From contig CM068742.1 of the NCBI GenBank assembly GCA_035084275.1, positions 127,968,001 through 128,032,000 of the forward strand: a stretch of DNA of 64,000 bases, in the 5' to 3' direction. Below are positions 11,715 to 24,435 of this stretch, piece after piece; positions within the stretch are counted from its first letter, which is position 1; the number at the start of each line of letters is the position of its first letter. The notes beneath the pieces are model-generated. The model made no database searches. It was not told where the DNA came from and saw nothing but the letters and a program-made list of their open reading frames with translations. The position numbers and the translations under genes are program-made. This DNA comes from Hydrolagus colliei (lineage: Eukaryota).

Positions 11715-11912
11715 ATTAGGAAAATTGGTGATTCACTTCATGGCTGTTTGTGAGCTATTGGTGTGGACAATTTGGCTGCCATCTTCCTCTATGAATTACA
11801 TAGGCATCAAACTTTACAGTGATTCCTATGAAATACTTTTGTGCCAACCCAACATAAAAGGTATTATATCAAATTCACAAATTACTATTATGATTATTAG
11901 TATTATTATTGT
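11715..11912 (+). mobile_element. Deu-core SINE 3' half, degenerate
   Basis: GCTGTTTGTGAGCTATTGGTGTGGACAATTTGGCTGCC followed by a (TAT)n tail. Confidence 0.6.
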
Positions 11913-12369
11913 TATGAGGTTAGGTGTGGTATCTGAAGATAAATACCAGCGTAGATGTGATCAATTGAATGGGCTTTTTCTGTGTGGTGAAATTCTATGA
12001 TTTCACTTGTGGGAGTTCTTGGTTTTTGCTGAAACAGACATTCCTTGTCAGGGGCAACAGAAATGCATGGCAGAATTTGGTTCAACAGCGCATAACTTAA
12101 TCAGCGAATCTTCTAAAGCTTTTATTGACAGTCTAACATTGGCAGATCTATCAAAAATTGAAGAAGAAAAGTAATTAGATGGAGCCAATGTAGAAATTAA
12201 TTGCCATCAAAAGACACAGTGAGCAAATTCTTCGCAACCACAATGTCAATTCCTTTCATTATTTACACACCTCAATCAAGTAATTATTTAAACTCCTCAA
12301 CCCAAAGGAATATAACATATGTCTGCACAAACTTTCATCGTAGCTAAGACCCTTCATCCCAGGTATTAA

Positions 12370-12790
12370 TCAAGTGAATCTGCTGGAAGCCCTGCAAGTC
12401 TGGTACACCAATCCTAAAATTAGGAGCCCAAAGATGAATAGGATTATAAAGGATTATGAAAGGGTAAATAGCAATATAAATTATTTTGACTGGTTAGTGA
12501 ATCCATCATTTAGCAGATTTAAATGTCAGGAGGATGAAGGGAAGGCTATAAAAAGAAATATTTTCTCAGTGGATGGTTGGGATCTCTGCGATTGTTGAAG
12601 CAGAATCCAGACATTATTTTAAATGGAAATTAGACAAGATCCTTGAAGAGAAAGAATATTAATGGGCGAGGGGAACTAGTGGAATGGAATTAAACAAAGT
12701 TGGTCACTCTGTGGAGAACAAGACTCACTGATACAGATCTAATGGCCTGAATGACCTGTTTCTGTGCTGTACAATTCTACAATTCCATAC
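12370..12790 (+). mobile_element. Old CR1 LINE 3' fragment
   Basis: Degenerate IIKDYERVN...RFK...KRNIFS..WD; 3' stem ATGGCCTGAATGACCTGTTTCTGTGCTGTACAATTCTA. Confidence 0.7.
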
Positions 12791-12949
12791 CATTTGTGTT
12801 TGTTCCCCGATAATTGCATGGTCATTTCTAAGGCTTCACCAGACAATGAATGCTCTTCACAATTCTTAACAACTAAGGCAACAATGCTTGAAACAGCAAA
12901 ATAACCCAGGCAGATTCAAAAAACTTGAAATAAGATTGGGTCAAATAGT

Positions 12950-13460
12950 TTCAATCAGGTTTAGTTGGTAGCATTCTCATCTCTGAGTCAGAATGTTATC
13001 GTTCCAGCCCCAGTTCAGGACTTGGAGCTGCCAGCCTTCAAATGACGTACAGTACTAAACTTTCGCCCACAAATATACAGTCAAATTCACTTTACAGTAT
13101 ATTCTGTGAAGCGAACTGAGAAGTCAATAAGATGTGAAAAGCACTATATTAAAATTGAAGGATTATTATAATTATTATTAAACTGAGGTCCTTCTTGTCT
13201 TCCTGTATTTGAGTGGAAGTTAAAGATCTAATGGCATAATTTGAAAAGAGAAGGGATTTTCTCCTGGTATCCCAGCAAACAACCCCGCACATACAATTGA
13301 TCTTTCACTTCTTCGTTGTTTGTGGAACATTTCTATGTGCAAAGTATCTGTTGGACACAAAATATACAGTCACTGCACTTTACAGTACATTCTATGAAGC
13401 ACTTGAAGATGTTTTCATGGTGTAATAAGGTGCTATGTCAAATCAAGGATTATTTTTTAT
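12950..13460 (+). mobile_element. SacSINE1-like SINE with a nested younger SINE tail (13062-13178)
   Basis: Head AGTTGGTAGCATTCTCATCTCTGAGTCAGAA. The insert ends in (TAT)n and is flanked by TAAACT on both sides; the host resumes AACTGAGGTCC. Confidence 0.7.
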
Positions 13461-13556
13461 CAAATGACTACACCAAAATGCTCTGCTTCTTTAGTGCAGA
13501 TATTTCCTAGGACATTATCTAAGACCATGTGCGTTATTGTAATTCTACAACATGCC

Positions 13557-13981
13557 CAGATAATCCATCCAGTCAAGGTGTAACACAGACTTTTCAATCA
13601 AACCTGAGGTAAAATTAAGTGAGTATTAGTTCCTGTGTACCAGTTTATTTGGAGATATTTTAATACTACAGGGAGTGATCCTCTGTGTGGAAATTAGCTT
13701 TGATTAATATTTTTTCTTCCAATGCATAAACAAAAGTGTAGTTTTGCTCCTTGGTGATTCAATCTAATGATTAGTACTGTGATTAGTTTGCCATTTCAAT
13801 GTTCAATGTATGGTAATTGACCTTATCATTATTTTATGAGTCTATTTAGCGCTAATTAAAATAGTTGTTTTGAGACAACATAAAGGGCTCCAACTGGCAC
13901 ATCAGACTTAATGCCGATTTAATTTTACCTCAGGTTTTAATGAAAAGTCTACGTTACAAATTTGACTGGATGGGCTCTCTG
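13557..13981. mobile_element. Old MITE-like element with long imperfect inverted termini
   Basis: CCATCCAGTCAAGGTGTAACACAGACTTTTCAATCAAACCTGAGGTAAAATTAA vs the reverse complement of TTAATTTTACCTCAGGTTTTAATGAAAAGTCTACGTTACAAATTTGACTGGATGG; no TSD seen. Confidence 0.65.
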
Positions 13982-14082
13982 TTCTAGTTAAAAGCTATAC
14001 CTAAAGAGTAAAAAGCTATGTCTCAATTTTGTATCAATATGCATGTATTTTTAAAGCTAACTTGTTATATGGGAAAAAAAGG

Positions 14083-15500
14083 CAATATACTGCAAATGCT
14101 GGAAATCTGAAACAAAAACAGAAATCACTGCGCACACTCAGCAGGTAAGGCAGCAACTATGGAGAGAGGAAAAGTGAGTCAACATTTTGGGTCCAAGAAC
14201 ATTTATCAGAACTGGGGCATAGTGGGAGGGAGAGGCTTTTAAGTACTAACAAAGAGGGAGAGGGAACAACAACAAAAACAAAATTACATTTATTTCACAT
14301 CGGGAGGACGTCCCAAGGCGCTGAACAATTAGGTTGGGACCCGATCAAGGTAGGGGTGGGGTGGGGGGGGGGGGGGGGGGGGGGAGTGAGAGTGGGAGGG
14401 TAGGGGTGTAGGAGAGTAGGAAAGGGAAAGAATTAGGAGAGCAGCAGAAGGCACAGTTGAAGAGGAAGGTCTTGAGACTGGCCTTGAAAGAGGAAAGGGA
14501 GGAAGATAGGCAAAGGGATTGCAGGATGGAGTTCCAACGTGTAGGGGCAAAGAGGCTGAAAGCCCAGCCACCAATGGTAGAGTGGTTCGGGCAAGGGACA
14601 TGAAACATGGCAGAGCCCACTGAACGGAGGGGATGGGCAGCCTGATAGGGAGACAGTAGGTTGGAGAGATAGGTGCAGGCAAGGCCGTGAGTGGCCTTGA
14701 AGGTGAGGACGAGGATCTTGAATTCAATCCTCTGGGAGATGGGGAGACAGTGGAGACGGGCAAGGGTGGAAGTGATATGGTCACTGAGCCGAGTGCGGGA
14801 GAGTACTTGAGCTGCAGAGTTCTGAATAATCTGCATCTTGTGAATGGAGGAGCTGGGAAGGCTGAGGAGGAGAGAGTTCCCGTAGTCGAGCCTTAATGTG
14901 ATGAATGAGTGGACGAGTGTTTCGGCAGTGTCAGCGGTGAGGCAGTGGCGGAGTCTAGCAATGCTGCGGAGGTGGTGGAAGGCAGTACTGGTCATGGTGC
15001 GGATTTGGGGGAGGAAGGATAGTTTGGGGTCAAACAAGACGGCCAGATTCCTGACTGGCTTCGAGATATGGCAAGTACAGCCTTGGATACTGACGTTGCC
15101 AGTGCCTGAGGTGCGAAGATGCTGACGTGAGCCAATCAGGAGGGCCTCCATCTTTTTGACATTCAGTTGGAGGAAGTTGTCCCTCGTCCAGGATTCAATG
15201 TCGGACAGACATGCAGGCAGGGCAAGGAATAGAAAGCAGAAAACGAGGTATTGGTCAGGAGATGATGGGTTAAAGAGGTGTTAATTTGACAAACAAAAGG
15301 GAGAGATTCCAACAAAACTGGAGAGAAGGGGTGTTAATAACGTGAAACAAAGATGGGATATGGTGGCCAAAGAACAGGTTGATAAGACAGTTGCAGAAGA
15401 AGGGGAAGATGAGCTGTCATGGCCTGAAATTATTGAAATCAATATTAAGGCCAGAGGGCTGTAAGGTCCCAAGCAGATAGATAAGGTGCTGTTCCTTGAC
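14083..15500 (-). mobile_element. Penelope-like retroelement 3' remnant (GIY-YIG C-terminus, UTR, pLTR with decayed hammerhead), split by an L2
   Basis: 15500->15417 translates VKEQHLIYLLGTLQPSGLNIDFNNFRP*, the E..(W/L)I..L.T..P.GLN end of the Penelope GIY-YIG endonuclease. 14177-14214 minus reads CAGTTCTGATAAATGTTCTTGGACCCAAAATGTTGACT. Confidence 0.8.
14265..15222 (-). mobile_element. L2 LINE 5'-truncated copy (ORF2 C-terminus)
   Basis: ORF 14345-15151: VRNLAVLFDPKLSF...AETLVHSFITLRLDYGNSLL...LPISQRIEFKILVLTFKA...GGWAFS...FKASLKTFLF; (GTT)n tail at about 14265. Confidence 0.95.
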
Positions 15501-16099
15501 AGCCAATGATGGGGTGGGCCAGAAGGGGGATATAGAGCTGGCTGGAGTTTGCTGAGAAGAGCGAGCAGACAGGTTAATATGGAACACATAGTTAGAGATG
15601 TATTTTAGTCAAAGTGGTGTCCTGTCTTTACTCAGGTATACTAGATGATGGTTTGGCAGAGATTTGGTACATTGTGTAATACAGACAAGGACCAAATATT
15701 CTTATCATCATTATCTGATTAAATTGGTGGGTTGTTGTGGAAATATTGGACTGTTGGTTACTGTCAGCATATACCGTATCTCCACTAGATCATTTCATTT
15801 CCAAGCCATGGTCCAATTTCCTGAATCTTGGCTTAATTTTCCCGCACAACATTTACTTGAGGAGTAAAGAACAAAAGATACAGACCACCAAATGATGGCA
15901 TTAATTTCTTACAGCTCAATGCTTTGTACAATAAAATAGCAGCAGTGATTCCCCAAGGAATCAAGTTACAGCAACATAATTAATTGACAACCAACAAAAA
16001 TGCAAACACATGTTTTATTCAGGCATATATTAGTAATCTTGCTTGGAAATTAACCTGTGGTCTTGCCATTTCTGTTGCTATGTGTCATGACCCGTGCTG

Positions 16100-16555
16100 G
16101 GTAGTGTTCTTCGGATGAGATATTGAACCTAGGGTTTTGTTGCAGATCCCATGTCATGACTCAGACAAAGAAGGGATTTGCTCCCGGGTTGTTGGCCAAC
16201 ATTCCTCCAAATAAAATTAGTCACTTGCTTCATGACTATTCGTGGGACATTGCTGTGAACAACTTGGCCACCATGTTTGGCTACAAAATACACACGGTCT
16301 CTTCACTTGACAGTAAATCCTGTGATTTCAATGCTTTTCAACAATGTGATAAAAATAATAATGATCCTTACATTTGATAGAATGCCTTATAATAAATAAT
16401 ATAATAATAATCCTTACATTTGATATAGCGCTTTTCACGTCTTCTAGACATCGCAAAGTACTTCACATTATATATTGTAAGTGAATTGCTATATATTTTG
16501 TAGGCAAGGCACAGTAGCCAACTGCACACAGCAGTATCCTGCAAACAGTTGAGTG
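16100..16555. mobile_element. Two Deu-core SINE fragments tail-to-tail (+ 16100-16330; - 16390-16555) with a duplicated tail stub
   Basis: GTGGGACATTGCTGTGAACAACTTGGCCACC on +. ATAATAATCCTTACATTTGATATAGCGCTTTTCACG...GCACACAGCAGTATCCTGCAAACAG is the minus copy. Confidence 0.75.
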
Positions 16556-17994
16556 ACTAAGTTATAAATTTTCTATCGTTATTTAATTAAATCAAATATA
16601 GCACTATGTCAAATGGGAGGATCATTCTTAAGTAATATCTGCTTGGTTTTAAAAGTGGTGGGCGGTGTTGCCATTTATATATTTTACAGTGAATAAGAAA
16701 ATTGAGAAGTTTTCCAATTTTTCACGCTTTTCACTGCTAGCAGAGATAAGGTCAACCAGAAGCCATCCCTATTACCGCATTGCTGAGATGTTACATCTTT
16801 ACTTAAAATAGCTTCTTACCTCTGTAGAATGAGCAAGGATCTATTGTGAGTTCAAGGTAGAGGCTAAAGGTTTGCAACAAACTAAGTTCTCCTGTTCAAT
16901 CCCAAGCCCTGTTTAACTGCTGGGTGGGTATTTTAAACTGTTTGTCACTCATGGTGGCTATTTAGGTGTGAAAAAATGTCATAACACTGACAGAGTAGTT
17001 TTGCAAATATTTGACCATGGTGGTCACTAACTATTAATATTGCAGAATAAACCAAGTGTTATCGAGCCAGAATTGCGATCAGTCATAACAAGTTTATACT
17101 TGCCTAAAACAAATATCCAGCCTCATAAATCTGATCGCTACCCATTACAGTTGTGTAAGTACCCTTGCACTATAGTTTTTGACAAATGCTATCAATCACG
17201 ATTAACTAAATAACTTCATGCCACAAAAATTGCATAACCCATTGATTTGCGAGAATTGATTTTACATCACTGTTGTCCACTTTTTGAAACTATTTTCAGT
17301 TTTAATAATAGGAATATGTTCCATTGTTAAAAAGGGCGTAGAGGACTATTATATAAGGGCAATTTAACATCAAGCCTTCTGACATTTACAAGTGAAGCAA
17401 CATGAAATCCACTGCATTTAGAATCCCACTGTTCACTGAAGAGGAAAATACTCAAGAGCACTATGGACTTGAAGAAGACCTTCACAGCGAATGAGATCTC
17501 AGTTAGAAATGCCACAAGCACTTTTCTCATAGCATCAGAACTCTAGAAAGAAGCCCACATCAGTCTAACTAAAAGGGAAAATACAACAGAAATCCAGACA
17601 AAGGATGGATCCCAAGTTCCAACCCCTGTTTAGTTTTATACCCTGATAGAATAGCAGTTTGTTCAGGACCACGTATGAGATATGGAAGAAATACCTTAAG
17701 GTCAGATGTGGGTACAGTAATTCCATCATCTGTATACCAGGGTGGTAAGACAAGCAATATCATATGATGAGAGTGGGGTAAGAGCATAACATTGGGATTA
17801 AAGCACAGGAGAAACTCACTATAATACAGTTGTTGAGATCCAGGAAATTATAATTGAAGCAGAGTTTAGAGAAACTGACCTTATTTCCTTTTTTTACATG
17901 AGCATATATCACTATATTGAAGGGAGTTGTAATATACAATACAATTTACACTTGTACAGCACTTTCATTTTGGTAAGATGTTTTGAAGCAGCTG

Positions 17995-18310
17995 ACTACA
18001 ATAACAACAACTTGCGTTTATGTAGAAGCCATTTGGCAGGGCACCCTATACTGGGAGGCACTCACGCTGGGAGTGGAGCAAGAGGGGTGGAAAGTGGATT
18101 GATGATGAAAGGCTCATTAAAAGAGGCATGTTTTGTGAATTTCCCCTTAAATAAGGTGAGGGAGGGTCCAAGTCAGAGTGATTGCAAAATTGAATTCCAG
18201 AGAGTGGGGGGAGAATACCAAAAAACTAATTGCCCATCAATTGTAAGGTATATAGGGTGGGGGGATATGAAGCAGACCAGGGTCTGCTGAGCTCACGGAG
18301 TGGGTGGGTA
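17995..18310 (-). mobile_element. Degenerate L2 3' fragment
   Basis: (CAA)n CTTGCGTTTATGTAG tail and a GAATTCCAGAGAGTGGGGG motif shared with other L2 copies. Confidence 0.6.
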
Positions 18311-18464
18311 GGTGTGGTAATGGGGTTCACCCCCCAATATAGCTCCAGTGTGCTAACTGGCATCAGCAAAGGCAAAACAGGCTGAATTGCATCCTTATAT
18401 ACTTTTGTTCTTCATCTGTTAAGATACATTGAATATCAGAATTTGTATATATATTCAAATCACG

Positions 18465-18705
18465 AAATATTGCAGATGCTGGAAATCTGAAACAAAAACA
18501 GAATTCGCTGGAAACACTCAGCAGGTCAGGCAGTATTTATGGAGAAAGGAAAGTGAGTCAACACTTCGGATCCATGATGGGGCATGTTGGAAGTGAGTGA
18601 CCCAGTTCTGACGAAGGGTTGTGCACCCAAAATGTTGACTCAGTTTTCTTTCCCCATAGATGTTGCCTGACCTACTAATGATTCCCAGCAACTTCTGTTT
18701 TTCTT
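18465..18705. mobile_element. Inverted pair of Penelope pLTRs with a decayed hammerhead (18603-18640)
   Basis: Left arm (minus copy) TGCAGATGCTGGAAATCTGAAACAAAAACAG...GTGAGTCAACA. Right arm CAGTTCTGACGAAGGGTTGTGCACCCAAAATGTTGACTCA...CCAGCAACTTCTGTTTT. Confidence 0.8.
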
Positions 18706-20110
18706 TATATATATTTATATATATATATAGTGATGGCTAGAAAGAAAACAATAAGGGTGAGAAAGGACAAACTTTGCAAGTGCCAGGAAATGGGGCCTAA
18801 CTTAGAAAACATTCCATTTGTGATGGTAGTAGATTCAGGATTAGTACAAAGATGGAAAAAGAATCAAATTAAATTGTTGCCCAGACTCATTGCGTCCACA
18901 AAATAAATCTCATCTAGTTGGATGAATGAATTTAAAGGACCAGATTAGGAAGATGCTGTATGATAATGGAATTTTATCCTCATTTTAGCCAGCACTTTCA
19001 AGTTACAGTTCAGAAGGGAAAATGAAGAAACGGTGCATTTCAGCTTTTAAGGTTTGAAATTAAAGCAATCATATCACCTATGGAGAGTGGAATGATCAAT
19101 TTGCACTGAATGAACGATATCCAAAAGCGACCAGACAAATTTCATGGCCCCGTTTTGTTCTTCAATCCTACTGCAAGGATTGTGAGATGGAACCACATTA
19201 CAGTACTTTATTTTGATGGATAATGAATCTCCCTGAGAAAGTCATGTCAGGCGATGCATTCTGCTGTACATTATTTATAGTGCAAACTGAAAACCTGCCA
19301 GTTAGCAGAAGTAGGACAAATGCTGTTTCTAAAACTTAATACAGTTCTAATGTTTAATTTAATATGTGAATAATTAAAAGCAGCCAAGTAGTGTTAAAAC
19401 CTACCAATATTTGACGTCATTCCCACAATCCTGGGGGTCAACTTTCCACTGGGTTCACACGTATCGTAGCATTTCGGAACATGAAGAATTTGGTCATTTT
19501 TAATCTTAATTTTGAATGGTTCCCCTCAGATTTTTCTAAGAATTGCAGAAACCCAGCTTTGAAATTGAGACCGCACTCTCTGCAATGCTAAGAAATAGTG
19601 AAAGTCTGGATCAAGTGTTTAATTTCTTCATGCTCCCATAGAAGATGTCATGTAGATAGCAGCTGTAGCAATGAGCGAAGAATCCTACTAGTGAGATCTC
19701 GATAGTTAAATCATAGGTATTAAGATTGCACAGGTCTTCTCAACAACAACAATAACAAAGTTACATATAAGTTACACTCACATCAGGAGGATATACCAAG
19801 GCACTGGATTCTTCTCACTATGTATTGTTTGCTACTTATTTGTGGTTCATATATCCATTTTTCTAGTTATGGCATTTAACAAAAAAAACTATTCTCATGT
19901 CGTCCTGATATCTATATAGGACAGTTAGTCAAGAAATTTGCAAAGTGAATGTGTGTATTTCGTCGGATTTACTGTGAAAAGGCCTTGTGCACACATTTTT
20001 CTACATGGCGAGCTTCCATCCTTGGCAAGTCAGGAAGTCAAAAAGGCTGAAGCAATAACCAGTACTTTTTCCACAGTAATAGAAATTACTTTAGAGAATC
20101 TACTATCAAC

Positions 20111-21116
20111 TGGCGTCCATCGATATGGAAATTTTCCGATTTAGATATATCGACGGGCTCATATTGAGATATACCAAAATATCGATACTTCAGGGTTTTT
20201 CGTACTGCGCATGCGCGCGCTGCGCACGCATTCGGGGTACGTGCGCATTCGGGGCCTATCTCCTCAGGAGGTAAATATTTTATCTCTCTGTGTCTCTCAC
20301 TCTCTCCATCTCTGTGTTTGTCTGTCTGTGTCTCTCTCACACCCCCCCCATCTCTTTCTATCTGTATATTATCACAACCACCCCGTCTCTCCCCCCCACC
20401 ACCCCCCGCCGTCCCTCTCCCTCCCCACCCCCCCACCGACCCTCTCCCTCCCTACCCCCCCACAGCCATCTCTATCTCCCCCCCCGCCCCGCCATCTCTC
20501 TCCCCCCCCACCCCCCAGCCATCTCTTTCCTCTTTCCCCCCCCGCCATCTCTCTCTCCCTCCCCCCCAGCCGTCTCTCTTCCCCCCCAACACCCCCCAGC
20601 CGTTTCTTTCCCCCTCCACCCCCCCACCATCTCTCTCTCCCCCCCACACATACCCCCACCAACTCTCTCTCCCCGCCACCCCCCCCAAGCCGTCTCTCTT
20701 CCCCCCACCACCCCCAGCCGTCTCTCTCCCCCCCACCACCCCCCAGCCGTCTCTCTCCCCTCCACCCCCCCCAGCCATCTCTCTCCCCTCACCCCCCCCA
20801 GCCGTCCGTCTCCCCCTCACCCCCCCCCCCCCCACCCCAGCCTTCTCTTCCCCCCCCCCCCCCCCCCACCCCTTGCATACCTGTATATTGTATTCGAGGA
20901 CTATGAATACAATGTGGCGGCTTTGCACCTCGGTCTGTGCATTGTCTATAGAGATGAGCATTCTGGATCTTGTAGTTTAGTGTGCGCGCATTCCGATTTT
21001 TCACCTCGATATATCGATTTTCCGGTATATCAATATTTTTGAAATGCCTATATCGGCGTATTGATATGAAAATTATATTGGGTTTTAGCGATATATCGAT
21101 ATATCGCCGGACCCTA
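20111..21116. mobile_element. Non-autonomous hAT-type element, copy 2
   Basis: Right TIR ATATCGCCGGACCCTA (21101-21116); decayed left TIR TGGCGTCCATCGATAT. Perfect 8-bp TSD CTATCAAC at 20103-20110 and 21117-21124. Colinear with copy 1. Confidence 0.92.
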
Positions 21117-23789
21117 CTATCAACACTTCAAAACAAAAATGCAAGAAAGACCTCTCTATAAATAATGTAGAGAAACAATTTCAATGTAATGTTGATGAAA
21201 AGTGATTTGTTAATGCAGGTGAATGTATCTCTCAACTCACTCCAGAGGGTAAAAGTTTGAAGGTGCTTAATTGCTTAATGTCTAAAACCAACTTGTCACC
21301 TACTGATTTCAAAAAAATACCTTGAAAAATGGGGTATGAAAATTAAGTAAATCAAATAAACTGATCGATCAAAAAAGAAGAATGAATGGAGATTTCTAAA
21401 AAAAGTCTTAATTTTTCAATTTATTTTCACTTGGGTGAAGATTTGGTACATTTCAATAAGTAGAGTTGTGTATGGTAATGAAGCACAGAAACAGGCCATT
21501 TGAACAATCTAGACCATACTGGTATTTATACTCCATATGAACCCCCATCCCTTCTATTCTAGTGATAGGAACGTGCTGCTGGGAAGGGTAATATATATGT
21601 ATTGTGCGAAAGGCATTGTTTGCACATAACCTAGTCTACTGCTTATCTATCACTCCAGTAGATTTTATCCGGCATTATACTATACAAAGGTTATTTGAAA
21701 CTGTGTCAAAAATCAATGGATTCTTCTTATAAGATGGACAGTTTAATCTTTTAGCAGTCTTTTCACAGACTTAATAAAGAGTGGTTAGGTGGCTTTGTGA
21801 TGGTGGCAGGTCTTACCATCACAGAATATTTGAGCTGTCACACACCATATGTCTTATCATCCATTATCTTTTTTTTAACATATCGTACTTGCCAAGCTGG
21901 CTGACTGGTTCTGTATGCTTCTTAAGAACTTTACATATTGATTCACCGACTTTCTTTACTTGTGACGCAAATACATTGTGGGGCTGTCCCCAAGTACCAA
22001 CATGTTTACACTGTAAACAATTTTATTTGTGTCTCAGATCAATTTAAAAAACATTTAATAAATACACACCAAGTGCAGTTAGTTGCAAATCATGCAGTGC
22101 TCCCTTAGTGTATTAGGAGCCTTCAAACTGTATGAATAATGCACACTAGCTACAGTTAAATGGAATTAATTGCTAATTGCCATCGAAGGCTGCTGCAATT
22201 TTTTTAAAAACATTTTGCTTTTAGTCATTTAATATTTAATTGTTATTTAAGAGGTGGTGTGAGATGTTAAATATCATCCTGAATTACTATAATTTGATTA
22301 AACTGGTTGCACTACCATTACTTACTCAACAGCAGTTTGAGAAAAGATCTTTTCAGGCATACTGCTTTTATGTGCTTTCAGACCCTTTCCTCCGTGAAGG
22401 ATGCTGCACAAATTCAAGTTGTTCTTGCTTTTTTTAAAAACTTTTCAAGCCTGGAACAAACAATATTAAAACCAGCATACATCAGTAATTTAAATGTTTG
22501 TTTTCAAATATATATTGTGTGGGGGGCAGCTGGGGGCTAAGAAACCCATCACTTTTAAGATTATCCATTCAGTACAGTGTTAATGCAACAGTTGGATTGC
22601 CTGTATAAACTTATTATATTCTTAGTATAAAGTTAAAGTCTTAATAAGGTGAAGGATCTGAAGTTGTAGATGAGATATCTGCCAAAGACTGGGAATCACC
22701 TTGAGAGCTCTGGGCATCAATGGCTGAATACATTCAGATACGCATTTTCCATCTTTTGTGGGCATTTCACCCATAAAATGATCCCATCAATGCACTCTTC
22801 TCCTTTCTTTTCCTTTCAATTTAAAAGCAAAGCCTGGCTACCTGATTCTGAGTACTGACAGGTGGTAATGGTACCAATAACCAATTGTATGTCAAGTCCC
22901 TGTCATTTAAAATTATTGTGTGAATGCCATAATATAATGTTGCCTTATTATAAGCAAAATAAGAAATGATGTTATACTAATTCAAACATATAGAAACATA
23001 ATTTTGGGTTTGAGTGATACCATAACTACCCAGAGGTTACAGTCTGAGTTTATGATCTGAGTTCAAGAACTCAACTCTTGTGTTATAATGAGGACACTTT
23101 GTAGCACAGTAGTATAGTGAATACACAATATTATGAACAGTAGAAAGGGTGAAAAATGATGGTGGTATTGAGAAACATTGAGCTACAGGATAATCCTCCA
23201 AAAATCTCTTGATGATTATGTTACTAACTAAACCCCAAGAGTAAATTACAAGACAACTTACTCACGATAAACCATCTATAATTTTATGTGTACGTATAAT
23301 ACAGTATAATAACTATGCAATGAGACTTGGCATTTTTCCAGTAAATCTATGCAAAGATCAGTTGAATTCAATATCAGAACCCACCAAATAATCCATGAGT
23401 GACAAAGTATTCTATGACGTTGGGCCTGCCTATTGAATGAATACATACAAGTCAAATTAAAAATGATATTTCCAAGGTAAACATGAAATATTAATGAAGC
23501 TGAGAAAGAGTTCCTTATGAAATGATGCCTTGAATGCTCTGATTCATTGTTGATTCATAGAAGATAGCTATAAGAAAGGTAGCTATTGTCACGGCTCTGA
23601 TTGAAAGGATTATTTTTAATATCAGTGTTACTCCCTATTTATTTTTTATTACTCCTTCCCCCATTCTAATGATTAAAGATGAAAGTTTTCAATGCAGTGA
23701 ATATGTGGAACAAATACTCCCCGGAAAGTACTTGACGCTGCTTTGAATAGCTCCTTATCTGTTTGTGAACTGATATATAGTATATGATA

Positions 23790-24268
23790 AGTGGAGATAA
23801 GTGCAGATTGGGATAAGCAAGTACACTTTTTGAATGGTGAATGGTTGTTTTTCAGACTGGAGTGAAGTATACAGTGATTTCCCCCAGGGGTCAGTATTAG
23901 GTTCACTTTTCTTTTCAATATATACACAATGACTTAGACTTGGATATAAAGAGCAAAATTTTAAAAATTGAAGATGACACACAACTTGGGAATGTGATAA
24001 ATAGTGAGGAGGATGGTTGCAAACTGCAGGGGGATGTAGACAGATTGGTAAAATGGGCAGACACATGGCAGTTGAAGTTTAATGCAGAGAAGTGTGAGGT
24101 AATGCATTTTGTGAGACAGAATGAGGAGAAGCAATACACACTAAAGGGGGTTTCAGGAGCAAAGAGACTTAGGGGTTCCCATACATAGGTCTTTGTAGGT
24201 GGCAAGACAGGTTGATAGAAAGAGCTGTTTAAAAAATGCATATGGGATCCTTGGCTTTGTAAATAATT
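23790..24268 (+). mobile_element. Older CR1 reverse-transcriptase fragment
   Basis: PQGSVLG motif; ORF 23940-24188 KIEDDTQLG...LQGDVDRLVKWADTWQLKFNAEKCEVMHF. Confidence 0.9.
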
Positions 24269-24435
24269 ATTCACTCAATCCATGACTATTTGTGGGACAC
24301 TGTTGTGCACGATTGGCTGCCGTGTTTCACCCATAAAATATAGTCAGATCTCTTTAAAGTATATACTACAAAGTGCTTTGGGATATCTCGAGAATGTGAT
24401 AAAGCGCTTCATCGAATGTAAGGATTATTATAATA
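24268..24435 (+). mobile_element. Deu-core SINE 3' half
   Basis: GACTATTTGTGGGACACTGTTGTGCACGATTGGCTGCC...AAGGATTATTAT. Confidence 0.8.

Noticed and set aside
19433-19572. Possible small MITE (GGGGTCAACTTT...GAAATTGAGACC)
   Set aside because: Termini too degenerate and no TSD; cannot be supported from one copy.
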